Part shown: positions 9,312 to 18,838 of the stretch, piece by piece
How positions within the stretch are numbered: the stretch's first letter is position 1
How the letters are laid out: each line of letters opens with the position of its first letter
Origin: Thermodesulfobacteriota bacterium
GTDB taxonomy: Bacteria > Desulfobacterota > Desulfobulbia > Desulfobulbales > SURF-16
Length of the DNA: 64,000 nt
Assembly: GCA_039714595.1 (NCBI GenBank)
Contig: JBDLJA010000005.1
Location: 41,890-105,889, forward strand
Reading direction: 5' to 3'
The notes under the pieces: generated by a model
Told to the model about the DNA's origin: nothing
The model's database searches: none
Seen by the model: the letters and a program-made list of their open reading frames with translations, nothing else
Program-made: the position numbers and the translations under genes

Positions 9312-10379
9312 CTAGCCTTTTTCAGCCATCTTCCGGGGCACATAGTTACAGAAGGGCTCGGGGCCGAGATAATCGCCGTCCATGGCGTAGGCCCTGGCCC
9401 GGCAGCCGCCGCAGACGCTGACGTACTCACACTTGCCGCAGCGCCCCTTGTAAGCCTTGAAGTCGCGCATCTCGTGAAAGAGCTTGGAGTTCTCCCAGAT
9501 ATCCTTAAACGACTGCTGACGGATATTGCCGGCCGCCTTGGGAAAATAGCTGCACGGCAGGACATTGCCGTCCACGTCGAGGAGGCAGATCACCTGGCCG
9601 GCCAGGCAACCCTTGGAGCCGCCGGTGGAAAACTTCAGGCTGCGCCGCGCAAACCCCTCCTCCCCCGCCTTCTCCTTCTGAAGGAGCAGACGGTAATAGC
9701 TGGGGGCGCAGGTGGGCCGGACCAGGAGTTCGGTCTCGTTTTTTTCCATCTCATAATGCCACTCCAAAAGCTCATCGTACATCTTTTGATCGATGAGCTC
9801 CTCCATGATCTCCTCGCCCCGGCCGGTGGGGACGATCATGAACATGTACCAGGCCGTGGCCCCTAAGTCCTTGGCCAGCCGGTAGACGGCCGGCACCTCC
9901 GCCTGGTTGCGCTTGGTAAATGACGAGTTGATCAAGAAAGGGATGTCGTTTTCCTTAAACAGCCTGGCGGCCCGGGTCATGCCGGCAAAGGCGCCCGGCT
10001 GGTTGCGGAAGTTGTCGTGGACCGCAGCCGAGGCGCCGTCCAAGGAGAGGGAGACCATACGGATGCCGCTCTTCTTGATCCCCTCACACACCTCCTGATT
10101 GACCAGAACGCCGTTGGTGGCCAGGCACATGCGTAAGCCCTTCTTCGTGCCATAGCTGGCGATATCAAAGACATCGTCGCGCATGAGCGGCTCGCCGCCG
10201 GAAAGCACCACCACCGGCTCAGCGTAGCTTGCTATATCATCGATGACGCGCTGCGCCTCGCTGAAGGAAAAATCAGGGTGATCCGCCACCTCCAGGGTGG
10301 AGGAGGAACGGCAGTGAACGCATTTGAGGTTGCAGCGCCGGGTAATCTCCCAGGCCAACCATTTGGGGGTAAATTCCAT
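9312..10379 (-). CDS. Radical SAM / SPASM-domain protein, AhbD/NirJ-like
   Basis: 355-aa ORF. CxxxCxxC motif in [13 protein letters not shown]; C-terminal Cys-rich SPASM-type region ([17 protein letters not shown]); lies upstream of hemE-HD-hemH on the same strand. Confidence 0.8.
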   Translation of the reverse strand: MEFTPKWLAWEITRRCNLKCVHCRSSSTLEVADHPDFSFSEAQRVIDDIASYAEPVVVLSGGEPLMRDDVFDIASYGTKKGLRMCLATNGVLVNQEVCEGIKKSGIRMVSLSLDGASAAVHDNFRNQPGAFAGMTRAARLFKENDIPFLINSSFTKRNQAEVPAVYRLAKDLGATAWYMFMIVPTGRGEEIMEELIDQKMYDELLEWHYEMEKNETELLVRPTCAPSYYRLLLQKEKAGEEGFARRSLKFSTGGSKGCLAGQVICLLDVDGNVLPCSYFPKAAGNIRQQSFKDIWENSKLFHEMRDFKAYKGRCGKCEYVSVCGGCRARAYAMDGDYLGPEPFCNYVPRKMAEKG

Positions 10380-10486
10380 ATTTTTTTTACTGGCTGGTTG
10401 AAGCTAAAGTAAAACCACGCCCACCTAGGGGCAGCATATCTTCTATCTTTGCTGAAACAGTTAGGGCAAGGGGCAGCAAAAAAAAC

Positions 10487-11821
10487 CTAAAGATAATCGG
10501 CCGCCACCGCCGCCAACCGGGAACGCTCGCTCTTACGCAGGGTCACATGGCCATGGATCGCCAGAGATTTGAGGCGCTCCACCGTATAGGTCAGACCGTT
10601 ACTGGCCGAATCCAGGTAGGGGTTGTCGATCTGGTACGGATCGCCGGTGAGGACAATCTTGGTCCCCTCGCCGGCCCGGCTGATAATGGTCTTCACCTCG
10701 TGGGGCGTCAGATTCTGGGCCTCGTCGACAATCACATACTGGCCCGGAATGGAACGGCCGCGGATGTAGGTCAACGCCTCCATCTCCAGCAGCTCATCCT
10801 TTAAGAGGCTGGCCACCTTCTTGCGGGCCGTGACCTGGGCCCCCTCATCATGTTCATGGCCCACCCCCCCCATGAGGAAGGTGAGGTTGTCGAAGATGGG
10901 CTGCATCCAATGGGCCAGCTTCTCGTCCTTGTCACCGGGCATGTAGCCCAGGTCCTTGCCCAGGGGGATGATGGGCCGGCTCACCAGGATCTTCTCATAA
11001 CGGCCCTTGACGATGGTGGTCTCCAGGGCCGCGGCCAGGGCCAGGAGCGTCTTGCCGGTCCCGGCCTGGCCCACCAGGGTGACCACGGCCACCTGGGGGT
11101 CCATGAGGAGCTCCAGGGCCATGCGCTGTTCCTTGGAGCGGGACCTTATCTGCCACGCCTCGGCGAACTCAGGGACCAGAGGGGCCAGCTGATGCTCGTC
11201 CGTGGCCCGGGACAGGGCGGCATGTTTGGGGTCGGTCTCGTCGCGCAGGAGGACAAACTCATTGGGCCGGAAATCCAACTCCGCCACCTCAAGGTGGTGG
11301 GCCTCATAAAAGGTGTTGATCAGGTCAGCGGCCACGTCCAGTTCCCGGTAACCGGTGTAGAGCTCATCGAAGTTGACCTTCTGCTTCTCAAAGTCCTGCA
11401 CCTCGAAACCCAGGGCGTCGGCCTTGAGGCGGGCGTTGATGTCCTTGGAGACAAAGACCACCTGCTTGCCCTGGACAAAGAGGGTATGGGCCACGGAAAG
11501 GATACGGTTGTCGGCCACGTCGTTGGCCAGGGCCGGATGGCGCACCGTGTCATGCTCCAGGACCACCATCACGGTGCCGCCGTTGTCCATGTCCACCCCC
11601 ACGGCCAGGCTGCCCTTGTGGCGCAGGGCGTCCAGCTCACGGATCACCCGCCGGGCGTTGCGGCCCAACTCGTCGGAGTGGTTCTTGAACTTGTCCAACT
11701 CCTCGATCACGGTCATGGGCAGGACGATGACATTGTCGGCGAAACTACCCAGGGCGGCGGCGTTGTGGAGGAGGACGTTGGTGTCCAGAACAAAGTATTT
11801 TCTCGGGGATTCGCTCATCAT
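10487..11821 (-). CDS. PIN-domain + PhoH-like ATPase (YlaK-type)
   Basis: 444-aa ORF. N-terminal PIN (YFVLDTNVLL), Walker A GQAGTGKT, Walker B VIVDEAQN. Confidence 0.88.
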   Translation of the reverse strand: MMSESPRKYFVLDTNVLLHNAAALGSFADNVIVLPMTVIEELDKFKNHSDELGRNARRVIRELDALRHKGSLAVGVDMDNGGTVMVVLEHDTVRHPALANDVADNRILSVAHTLFVQGKQVVFVSKDINARLKADALGFEVQDFEKQKVNFDELYTGYRELDVAADLINTFYEAHHLEVAELDFRPNEFVLLRDETDPKHAALSRATDEHQLAPLVPEFAEAWQIRSRSKEQRMALELLMDPQVAVVTLVGQAGTGKTLLALAAALETTIVKGRYEKILVSRPIIPLGKDLGYMPGDKDEKLAHWMQPIFDNLTFLMGGVGHEHDEGAQVTARKKVASLLKDELLEMEALTYIRGRSIPGQYVIVDEAQNLTPHEVKTIISRAGEGTKIVLTGDPYQIDNPYLDSASNGLTYTVERLKSLAIHGHVTLRKSERSRLAAVAADYL

Positions 11822-12057
11822 AAACAGTTAGGGCTTCATATAAAACAGCGAAGCAACTTCTGGCAAGGGAAAAGGGTGTCGTCTCTGGCCTTAGGCCCAG
11901 CCAGAAGCCGCTAGAAGAAAAATATCAGCGCCAGTTGCTGGAGAATTGACCTTCCAGGTTGATAAGGCTATCGTACATAAAAATAGATCGAGCGGAAAGC
12001 CAATATGGGTACCGTTAAACTTTTTTACCTAAAAAAACCAAGCAGTTCTCCCCTGTC

Positions 12058-13704
12058 ATGAAAATCGCCCTCATCCAGCTGAACCCCACCATCGGCGCCT
12101 TTAAGGCCAATGGCGCCAAGATAGTAGAATGGAGCGCCCGGGCCGCTGAGGCGGGCGCCGAGCTTTGTGTCTTCCCGGAACTGGCCATCAGCGGCTACCC
12201 ACCCCAGGACTACCTGGAACATGGTGACTTCCTGGCCCAGCAGGACCAGGTCCTCGACGAGATAATGGGGGAGCTTGATGTAAGCGTCCTGCTTGGCGCC
12301 ATCACCGCCAACCCCAGCTCCCACGGCAAGCCGCTCCACAACAGCGGCCTTTTGATCGCCAAGGGCGAGGTGCGGTTCACCTCCCACAAGAAACTCTTGC
12401 CCACCTACGACGTCTTTGACGAATCGCGCTACTTCCAGCCGGGCCTAGGCGGCCAATTCACCTATTTCAAGGGGTTGGGCTTAGGGATAACGATCTGCGA
12501 AGACATCTTCAACGACCATGACGCCTTCCCGGAGCAGATCTACGATACCGACCCGGTGGCCGTGCTCCACGATGGCGGTGAAATCGATCTTTTGATCAAC
12601 ATCGCCGCCTCTCCCTTCACCATGGGCAAGATAGAACAGCGCCAGCGCGATTTCGCCATCATCTGCCGCAAATACGCCACCCCTTTACTCTACTGCAACC
12701 AGGTGGGGGGCCAGGACTCCATCATCTTTGACGGCTCATCGATGGTCTTAGACAGCTCCGGCCGCCTCTGCCACCAGGCCGCCTCATTCAGCGAAGAGAT
12801 GCTCCTGCTGGATCTCAAGCAGCTTACGCCCCAGCCAGAAGAGGCAGAGGGGGCGGAGCCGGAGGAAGAAGAGGAGGTGGTGGCGGCCCTGGTCCTGGGC
12901 TGCCGCGACTATGTCCACAAATGCGGCTTTAACCAGGCGGTGGTGGGGCTGTCCGGCGGTATCGACTCGGCCCTCACCTGCGCCCTGGCCGTCCGCGCCT
13001 TAGGCGCGGAAAATGTCCGGGGCATTGGCCTGCCCTCCCCTTACTCCTCAAAGGGCTCCATCGATGACGCCCGGGCCCTGGCCAAGAATTTGGGCATATC
13101 CTTTGAGCTGCTGCCCATCAGCCCCACCTTCAGCGCCGTCAAAGAGACCCTGGCCCCCCTGTTCGCAGGGTGCGGCGAAGACGTCACCGAACAGAACATC
13201 CAGGCCCGCATCCGAGGAGTGCTGCTCATGGCCCTGGCCAACAAGTTTAACGCCCTGCTTCTCACCACCGGCAACAAGTCGGAGCTGGCCGTGGGCTACT
13301 GCACCCTGTATGGCGACATGAACGGCGCCCTGGCGCTGATCTCCGATCTGCCCAAGACCCTTGTCTACCGCCTCTGCAACTATCTGAACCAAGAGAGCGA
13401 GATAATCCCGGCCAACACCATAACAAAGCCCCCCAGCGCCGAGTTGGCCGAAGACCAGCTGGACCAGGATGACCTGCCGCCCTATGAGATTTTGGATGAG
13501 ATACTGGCCGGCTACCTGGAGGAACACTTAAGCGTTGCCAAGCTGGTGGAGCGCGGCTTTGGGCCGGGACTGGTGAATGATATTATCCGGCGGGTGAAGA
13601 TCAACGAGTACAAGCGCCAGCAGGCCCCCCTGGGATTAAAGGTAACCGGCAAGGCGTTCGGCCTGGGCCGCCGCTTTCCCATAGCGGCCCGTTTTCAGGA
13701 GTAA
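12058..13704 (+). CDS. nadE: Glutamine-dependent NAD+ synthetase
   Basis: 548-aa ORF. N-terminal nitrilase/CN-hydrolase domain followed by an NAD synthetase domain with the PP-loop GLSGGIDS. Confidence 0.92.
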   Translation: MKIALIQLNPTIGAFKANGAKIVEWSARAAEAGAELCVFPELAISGYPPQDYLEHGDFLAQQDQVLDEIMGELDVSVLLGAITANPSSHGKPLHNSGLLIAKGEVRFTSHKKLLPTYDVFDESRYFQPGLGGQFTYFKGLGLGITICEDIFNDHDAFPEQIYDTDPVAVLHDGGEIDLLINIAASPFTMGKIEQRQRDFAIICRKYATPLLYCNQVGGQDSIIFDGSSMVLDSSGRLCHQAASFSEEMLLLDLKQLTPQPEEAEGAEPEEEEEVVAALVLGCRDYVHKCGFNQAVVGLSGGIDSALTCALAVRALGAENVRGIGLPSPYSSKGSIDDARALAKNLGISFELLPISPTFSAVKETLAPLFAGCGEDVTEQNIQARIRGVLLMALANKFNALLLTTGNKSELAVGYCTLYGDMNGALALISDLPKTLVYRLCNYLNQESEIIPANTITKPPSAELAEDQLDQDDLPPYEILDEILAGYLEEHLSVAKLVERGFGPGLVNDIIRRVKINEYKRQQAPLGLKVTGKAFGLGRRFPIAARFQE

Positions 13705-14144
13705 GACCCTTCTTGCCCCCCATAGACCGCGGCCAGTTCACTACAGATGGGCCGGGCCAGACAGGGAACCAGTACCGCCAGGAGGCGGGAGACGCTGCAC
13801 GGTTTTTCGATACAGGCCCGGAAACCGTTTTCCCGGCAGAACCGCTGGCGCTCCGCGCCGCACAGGTCGGCCCCGGTCACCGCGATAACGGGGATATGAC
13901 TGAAATCAGGATGGTGAAAGAGGAGGCGGCTGGCCTCATCGCCATCCATCTCCGCCATGTAGAGATCCATGAGCACCGCATGGGGCTGGAAGCGCCGGCA
14001 GGCGGACAAAACCGCGCTGCCGTCTGTCTCCTCGGCCACCTCAAAACCTAAGGCCTGCAGACTGGCCCCCAGGATGGAGCGGTTGACGCCATCGTCATCA
14101 ACAATAAGTATCCTCTGCCGCTCCACCTGTACCGCCCCTTTCAT
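13695..14144 (-). CDS. Single-domain response regulator (receiver)
   Basis: Receiver signatures ILIVDDD...DLYMAEMDG. I moved the start to the ATG at 14144, which is preceded by GGAGGAGAG. The 3' end overlaps the nadE 3' end by 10 nt (convergent). Confidence 0.75.
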   Translation of the reverse strand: MKGAVQVERQRILIVDDDGVNRSILGASLQALGFEVAEETDGSAVLSACRRFQPHAVLMDLYMAEMDGDEASRLLFHHPDFSHIPVIAVTGADLCGAERQRFCRENGFRACIEKPCSVSRLLAVLVPCLARPICSELAAVYGGQEGSYS

Positions 14145-14325
14145 CTCTCCTCCAAGGTTTTTTTTGAGGATGCCTCCTAACGGAGCAACCAAGAGCCCAC
14201 AACTAAAATATAACCCGCTGCCAGCGGCAAATAACAGCAGAAGTTTCAGAAGTTGCGAGGCAAGGGCGGCAACCTGTTGGAAATTTAACGAAAAAAGCTA
14301 GCCAGCACCTGCCGACAATCACCCT

Positions 14326-14934
14326 TTACAGTTTGCAGTAAGAAAATTGCGGCGGCCCTTTGATGATCATCTCGGCAATGGTCATCTTCACCTTGGGCAG
14401 CACCTGGCGCTTAACCCCCAGCCACTCCATCTCAATAGCGATGAACTCCCGAAAAAAGGGGGTGCGATCCATCCGGGCCAAGCCCTCTTCCTCCGGGGCG
14501 ATCTCCTGACAGCGAAAACAGCCGGGAAACTCCAAGCGCTTGCCATCGGGCCGGGTCATGGCCGCCGGCACCCCGTGGAGACGGCAGATGAGGAGCCGGT
14601 GCTCATAGGGCAGGCAGAGGCCATCTTCATTCAAGGGGCACATGATCTGGGGGCGCTCATCGGCGGCCAGGGCCTTTTGGCTCTCCTCCTTGTAACTCCT
14701 GGCCCGCTCTGCAATGGCCGCCCTCTTCTCCTCCGGCAGCCGGCTTAGCCCCTCCCACAGATAGGCCCACTCGGTATAGGTGTGATGGAGGAAATAGCTG
14801 TCGCAGCAGTTATCGGGGCAGCCCTCGCAGGTAAATTGCAAATCGCCGGCCACCCGGTCATACTCTTGCTGAATCCCCTCATATACCTTGGCCACCCGGG
14901 CCGAGATCTCTGGGGGCAATATTGTGGAACTCAT
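14326..14934 (-). CDS. YkgJ/UPF0153-type Cys-rich putative Fe-S/zinc protein
   Basis: CxxCxxCC motif (FTCEGCPDNCCDSYF). I prefer the internal ATG at 14934 (GGAG 6 nt upstream) to the TTG at 14946. Confidence 0.7.
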   Translation of the reverse strand: MSSTILPPEISARVAKVYEGIQQEYDRVAGDLQFTCEGCPDNCCDSYFLHHTYTEWAYLWEGLSRLPEEKRAAIAERARSYKEESQKALAADERPQIMCPLNEDGLCLPYEHRLLICRLHGVPAAMTRPDGKRLEFPGCFRCQEIAPEEEGLARMDRTPFFREFIAIEMEWLGVKRQVLPKVKMTIAEMIIKGPPQFSYCKL

Positions 14935-15039
14935 AAATAACTCCAAAAAAAAGTTAACAATAAATTGCTTACGGTTTAAGATTTTCTATTCATTAATTAA
15001 GCAAATTCAGGAAAAATTCTTTCCCATAAGCCATCCATA

Positions 15040-15067
15040 AACCGTCAACCGTCAACCGTAAACCGTA
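15040..15067. repeat. Tandem heptanucleotide array (AACCGTC)x2(AACCGTA)x2
   Basis: Read directly: aaccgtc aaccgtc aaccgta aaccgta, 35 nt upstream of the PMM/PGM start. An inverted single unit TTACGGTTT lies at 14969-14977. Confidence 0.85.
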
Positions 15068-15102
15068 ATTTTTAGTCCCCCATTGCCTAAGGAACCACAC
15101 CC

Positions 15103-16458
15103 ATGTCCCACCTCTCCTGCTTCAAGGCCTACGACATTCGGGGCCAGGTCCCCGATGAGTTAGACGAAAAACTGGCCTTTCGCATCGGCCAGGCCTATGC
15201 CGCCCACTTCAAGCCGCAGAAGATGGCCCTGGCCCATGACATCAGGCTTTCCGGCCCATCACTCACCACTGCCCTGTGCGAGGGTTTCCTCCAGGCCGGG
15301 GTTGACGTGGTCCACCTGGGTCAATGCGGGACAGAGGAGATCTACTTTGCCGCCTCGCACCTTAATGACGTTGACGGGGCCATCATTGTCACGGCCAGCC
15401 ATAACCCGGCCGCCTACAACGGCATGAAGATGGTGCTTAAAGGGGCCATCCCGGTCTCCGGCAGCAGCGGACTCAGGGAGATCGAGGCCCTGGCCGCCGC
15501 CGCTCACGAGGTGCACGGCCGCAACCGGGGCGAGGCAAATAAGCTTGACAACCGTCCCGCCTATATCGACCACCTGCTGAGCTATATCAAGGCGGAGACC
15601 CTCTCCCCTCTAAAGATCGTGGCCAATCCCGGCAACGGTGGGGCCGGCCCCATAATTGCCGCCCTGGCCCCCCACCTGCCCTTCCAGTTCATCGCCATCG
15701 ACGATGAACCGGACGGCCACTTCCCCAACGGGGTCCCCAACCCCCTGCTCCCTGAGAACCGGGCCGCCACCAGTGAGGCGGTGCGGCTTCACGGCGCCCA
15801 GCTTGGCCTGGCCTGGGACGGTGACTTTGACCGCTGCTTCTTCTTTGACGAGGCGGGCAACTTCATCGAGGGCTACTACATTGTGGGGCTGCTGGCCCAG
15901 GCCATGCTGAAAAAGGCGCCTGGGGCCAAGATCATCCACGACCCCCGCCTCACCTGGAACACCCAGGAGCTGGTTAGAGCGGCCGGTGGCCAGCCCATCA
16001 TGACCAAGACCGGTCATGCCTTTATTAAAGAGAGGATGCGCAGTGAAGACGCCGTCTATGGCGGCGAGATGAGCGCCCACCACTACTTCCGCGATTTTTC
16101 CTACTGCGATTCGGGCATGATTCCCTGGCTGCTGATAGCCGAGCTCCTCTGCCAGCAGCAGGTGAGCATCTCCAGCCTGGTGGCCCAGGCCAAAGAGAGC
16201 TTTCCCGTCTCCGGCGAGATCAACAATAAGGTGGCAGAGCCAGACGAAATAATCGCCGCGGTGGAGGAGAGGTACCTGAGTGAGTGCCAGTCCCGTGACG
16301 ATATCGACGGCCTCTCCATGAGCTTTGACAACTGGCGCTTTAACATCCGCAAATCAAACACCGAGCCGGTCCTCCGCCTCAACGTGGAGAGCCGGGGAGA
16401 TGTACCCCTGATGGAGGAGAAGACGGCCGAGCTGCTGGCCATGATCAAGGGGGGCTGA
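15103..16458 (+). CDS. Phosphomannomutase/phosphoglucomutase
   Basis: 451-aa ORF with the active-site phosphoserine loop TASHNPAAYNGMK and metal loop DGDFDR. Confidence 0.9.
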   Translation: MSHLSCFKAYDIRGQVPDELDEKLAFRIGQAYAAHFKPQKMALAHDIRLSGPSLTTALCEGFLQAGVDVVHLGQCGTEEIYFAASHLNDVDGAIIVTASHNPAAYNGMKMVLKGAIPVSGSSGLREIEALAAAAHEVHGRNRGEANKLDNRPAYIDHLLSYIKAETLSPLKIVANPGNGGAGPIIAALAPHLPFQFIAIDDEPDGHFPNGVPNPLLPENRAATSEAVRLHGAQLGLAWDGDFDRCFFFDEAGNFIEGYYIVGLLAQAMLKKAPGAKIIHDPRLTWNTQELVRAAGGQPIMTKTGHAFIKERMRSEDAVYGGEMSAHHYFRDFSYCDSGMIPWLLIAELLCQQQVSISSLVAQAKESFPVSGEINNKVAEPDEIIAAVEERYLSECQSRDDIDGLSMSFDNWRFNIRKSNTEPVLRLNVESRGDVPLMEEKTAELLAMIKGG

Positions 16459-16778
16459 AGTTTTTTAACTCAGCCTGGCCCAAAAAGGCTTGGCCTGAGG
16501 CCGCCTGACCGCAATAAAAATCCGGGCCCAGAGGGCCCGGCCTTGATAGCCCCTGGAGGGGGCTTGCCTTACCCCGTTGCCACCATCTTCTGCGGAGGAC
16601 AAAGGAAGTACGTAGGAGCAGATGGCTAGGGTGCCCTTTCTTTCGCCGCTTTGCTGCTGGTTCGTTTTCTTTGCACCCTGCGGGCATAAAGGCAAACAAA
16701 GAAAATGAACAATAGCGGCAGAGCCTCTCTCCTCTGACCTGGCCCTGAAGGCCAGATTTTAAACGCTAAAATAAAAAA

Positions 16779-16811
16779 CCCCGAAGTCACAGCCATGACT
16801 TCGGGGTTTTT
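16779..16811. terminator. Bidirectional rho-independent terminator
   Basis: ccccgaagtca-cagcca-tgacttcgggg flanked by an A-run (5') and a T-run (3'). Sits just downstream of the dnaA stop in a convergent gap. Confidence 0.65.
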
Positions 16812-16851
16812 TGTCTCCTTCCCGGGGAAGGGACAAATAACTTTCAGGATC

Positions 16852-18180
16852 TTACAAAAACTTCTTCTCCAGCTGGTCGGAGAGATGCTCCAGCTGACCC
16901 CGGACCGAGCCATCGCGATTGATCTTATTATTGATGGTCTTCACCGAGTGGACCACGGTGGAGTGGTCGCGGTTCAACGCCTTGCCGATCTCGCTCAACG
17001 GGTACTCCGTATGCTTGCGGGCCAGGTACATGGCCACCTGGCGGGGGAAGGCGATGGCCCGCTTACGCGACTTGGACTGGAGATCGTTGATGGTAACCCT
17101 GAACTTACCGGCGATGAAATCACGAATCATCTCCGGGGTGATCTGGCGGCCGGCGCCCACAATCCCCTGAAGGATCTGCTTGACCATATCCAGGTCAGGA
17201 TCGCAGCCAAGGAGAGCGGTCTGGGCCTTAAGGCCGACGATGATCGACTCACAGCGCCTGATGTCACCCTTGACGTTTTCGGCAATATAACCAACCAGAT
17301 CCTCAGAGAGCAGCAGGTCAGAATTACCCGCCTTGCGGCGAATGATCTTCTCGCGGGTGGCAAAACCGGGGGGGTTGATGGTGGTGACCAAGCCTAAGGA
17401 GAGGCGGGAACGCAGGCCAGGGTCCAGGTTTTCAATCTCGGCCGGCCCCTTGGATGAGGTCATTACCACCCGCTTGCCACTCTCCATGAGGAGATCCAGG
17501 GTCTCGGCAAACTCGGCCTGGGTCTTGGCCCGGCCGGCCAAGGCCTGCACATCTTCAATGAGCAGGACATCACAGTTGCGCTGATACTTGGAGCGAAACT
17601 TGCCCATGGTATTGGCCTTGATCCCCTTGACCATCTCCACCGTCAGCTGCTGGGCCGTGACATACTGCATCCGGGTCTGGGGCGAGGTGCCAACTATATG
17701 ATGGGCCACCGACTGGGCCAGATGGCTCTTACCCAGGCCGGTACCGCCATTGACATAGATACAGTTGCCCAGGGCCGGCCGGTCATCGGCCAGGGCCTGG
17801 CAGGCCGAGTGGGCCAGGGCGTTACACTCCCCCACCATGAACTCAGAAAAGGTATAGCGGGGATGGAGGGTCTTGGTGAATGGCGCCACCTTCTCCATGG
17901 CGGGCAGCCGCATCTGGCGGGTGCGGGGTGATCCGGAGAGCTGCTGCCCCACTGCCGCCTCCAGGCTGACCTTGACCTGGCCGTGGCCCAGTTCCTGAAG
18001 ACACTCCTGGATGGGGCCCATGACATTGTCCTGGAAACGATCACAGAAAAAGGTGTCAGGGCCGGTGAGAACCAGGCTGTCATCCACCTGTTCTTCCGCG
18101 GTCACCGGCGAAATCCAGAGAGAATAAACATTTTCGGGGATTTTTTGCTGAAGCTGTTTTTTTATTGATTGCCACAACAT
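16852..18180 (-). CDS. dnaA: Chromosomal replication initiator protein DnaA
   Basis: 442-aa ORF. AAA+ Walker A GGTGLGKSHL, LLIEDVQ, and a C-terminal DNA-binding region ...RQVAMYLARKHT...IGKALNRDHSTVVHS. Confidence 0.93.
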   Translation of the reverse strand: MLWQSIKKQLQQKIPENVYSLWISPVTAEEQVDDSLVLTGPDTFFCDRFQDNVMGPIQECLQELGHGQVKVSLEAAVGQQLSGSPRTRQMRLPAMEKVAPFTKTLHPRYTFSEFMVGECNALAHSACQALADDRPALGNCIYVNGGTGLGKSHLAQSVAHHIVGTSPQTRMQYVTAQQLTVEMVKGIKANTMGKFRSKYQRNCDVLLIEDVQALAGRAKTQAEFAETLDLLMESGKRVVMTSSKGPAEIENLDPGLRSRLSLGLVTTINPPGFATREKIIRRKAGNSDLLLSEDLVGYIAENVKGDIRRCESIIVGLKAQTALLGCDPDLDMVKQILQGIVGAGRQITPEMIRDFIAGKFRVTINDLQSKSRKRAIAFPRQVAMYLARKHTEYPLSEIGKALNRDHSTVVHSVKTINNKINRDGSVRGQLEHLSDQLEKKFL

Positions 18181-18838
18181 GTAGGTATCACTCTGCTCAT
18201 ACTTTGGTTAGGAAGGGGTGTGCCTTGGTGAAACTGATGGGGTGATATTTAGCTGAAAGGGGAAAAACAGTCAAAAGCGGTTTTGCAAGATTTCCCTAAA
18301 AAAAGAATAGAGTTATCAACACTCTGCCCCCCCCTTGCCCCCCGCTGTTTCCGACGCCATCCGCCCCTATTAGTGCAGAAAAACGTCGTTTTTAAAAATG
18401 GCCTTAAAAAGAGCGTTAATATAAGCCCTTACCCATAACCTAGCGATATTTATCGGCTTTTAACTAAACCCTAAAGGACCTTTTTTGCTCCCGTTTCCTG
18501 GCAAATACTCCCAAATCCTCACTTTTCCACCCAAAAGACGAAAAAAACAAACAGCTGTCAAGCTGACTATCTAGCCGAACCCCGGCCCAGCGGCCCTCAG
18601 CGGCCATTTACCTGCCCCGGAAAAAGTCCAAAAAAAATATTAATTATTTTGTTAGGATAACTATTCATTTGCTATACTTCTGCCTTTCTCAAACCAGGAG
18701 CAGAACTGGCTCATTGTGGCCAGCCTCCAGTTAAGAAAATTCAGCGCCGTTTCCCTGAGCTGCAGGCCTTCGCCATGGTTGCCAGGCCCCTGAACATCAA
18801 CCGGCCTATCAGGCCGACCAGGTCCTGGGCCAAGGGTC
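18181..18838. other. Candidate oriC / dnaA promoter region
   Basis: Largest non-coding gap in the window (658 bp), directly upstream of dnaA and relatively AT-rich. Only degenerate DnaA-box-like 9-mers: TTATCAACA at 18312-18320, TTTTCCACC at about 18524-18532, TTATCCTAA (reverse strand) at about 18652-18662. AT-rich tract at about 18630-18680. Confidence 0.3.
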
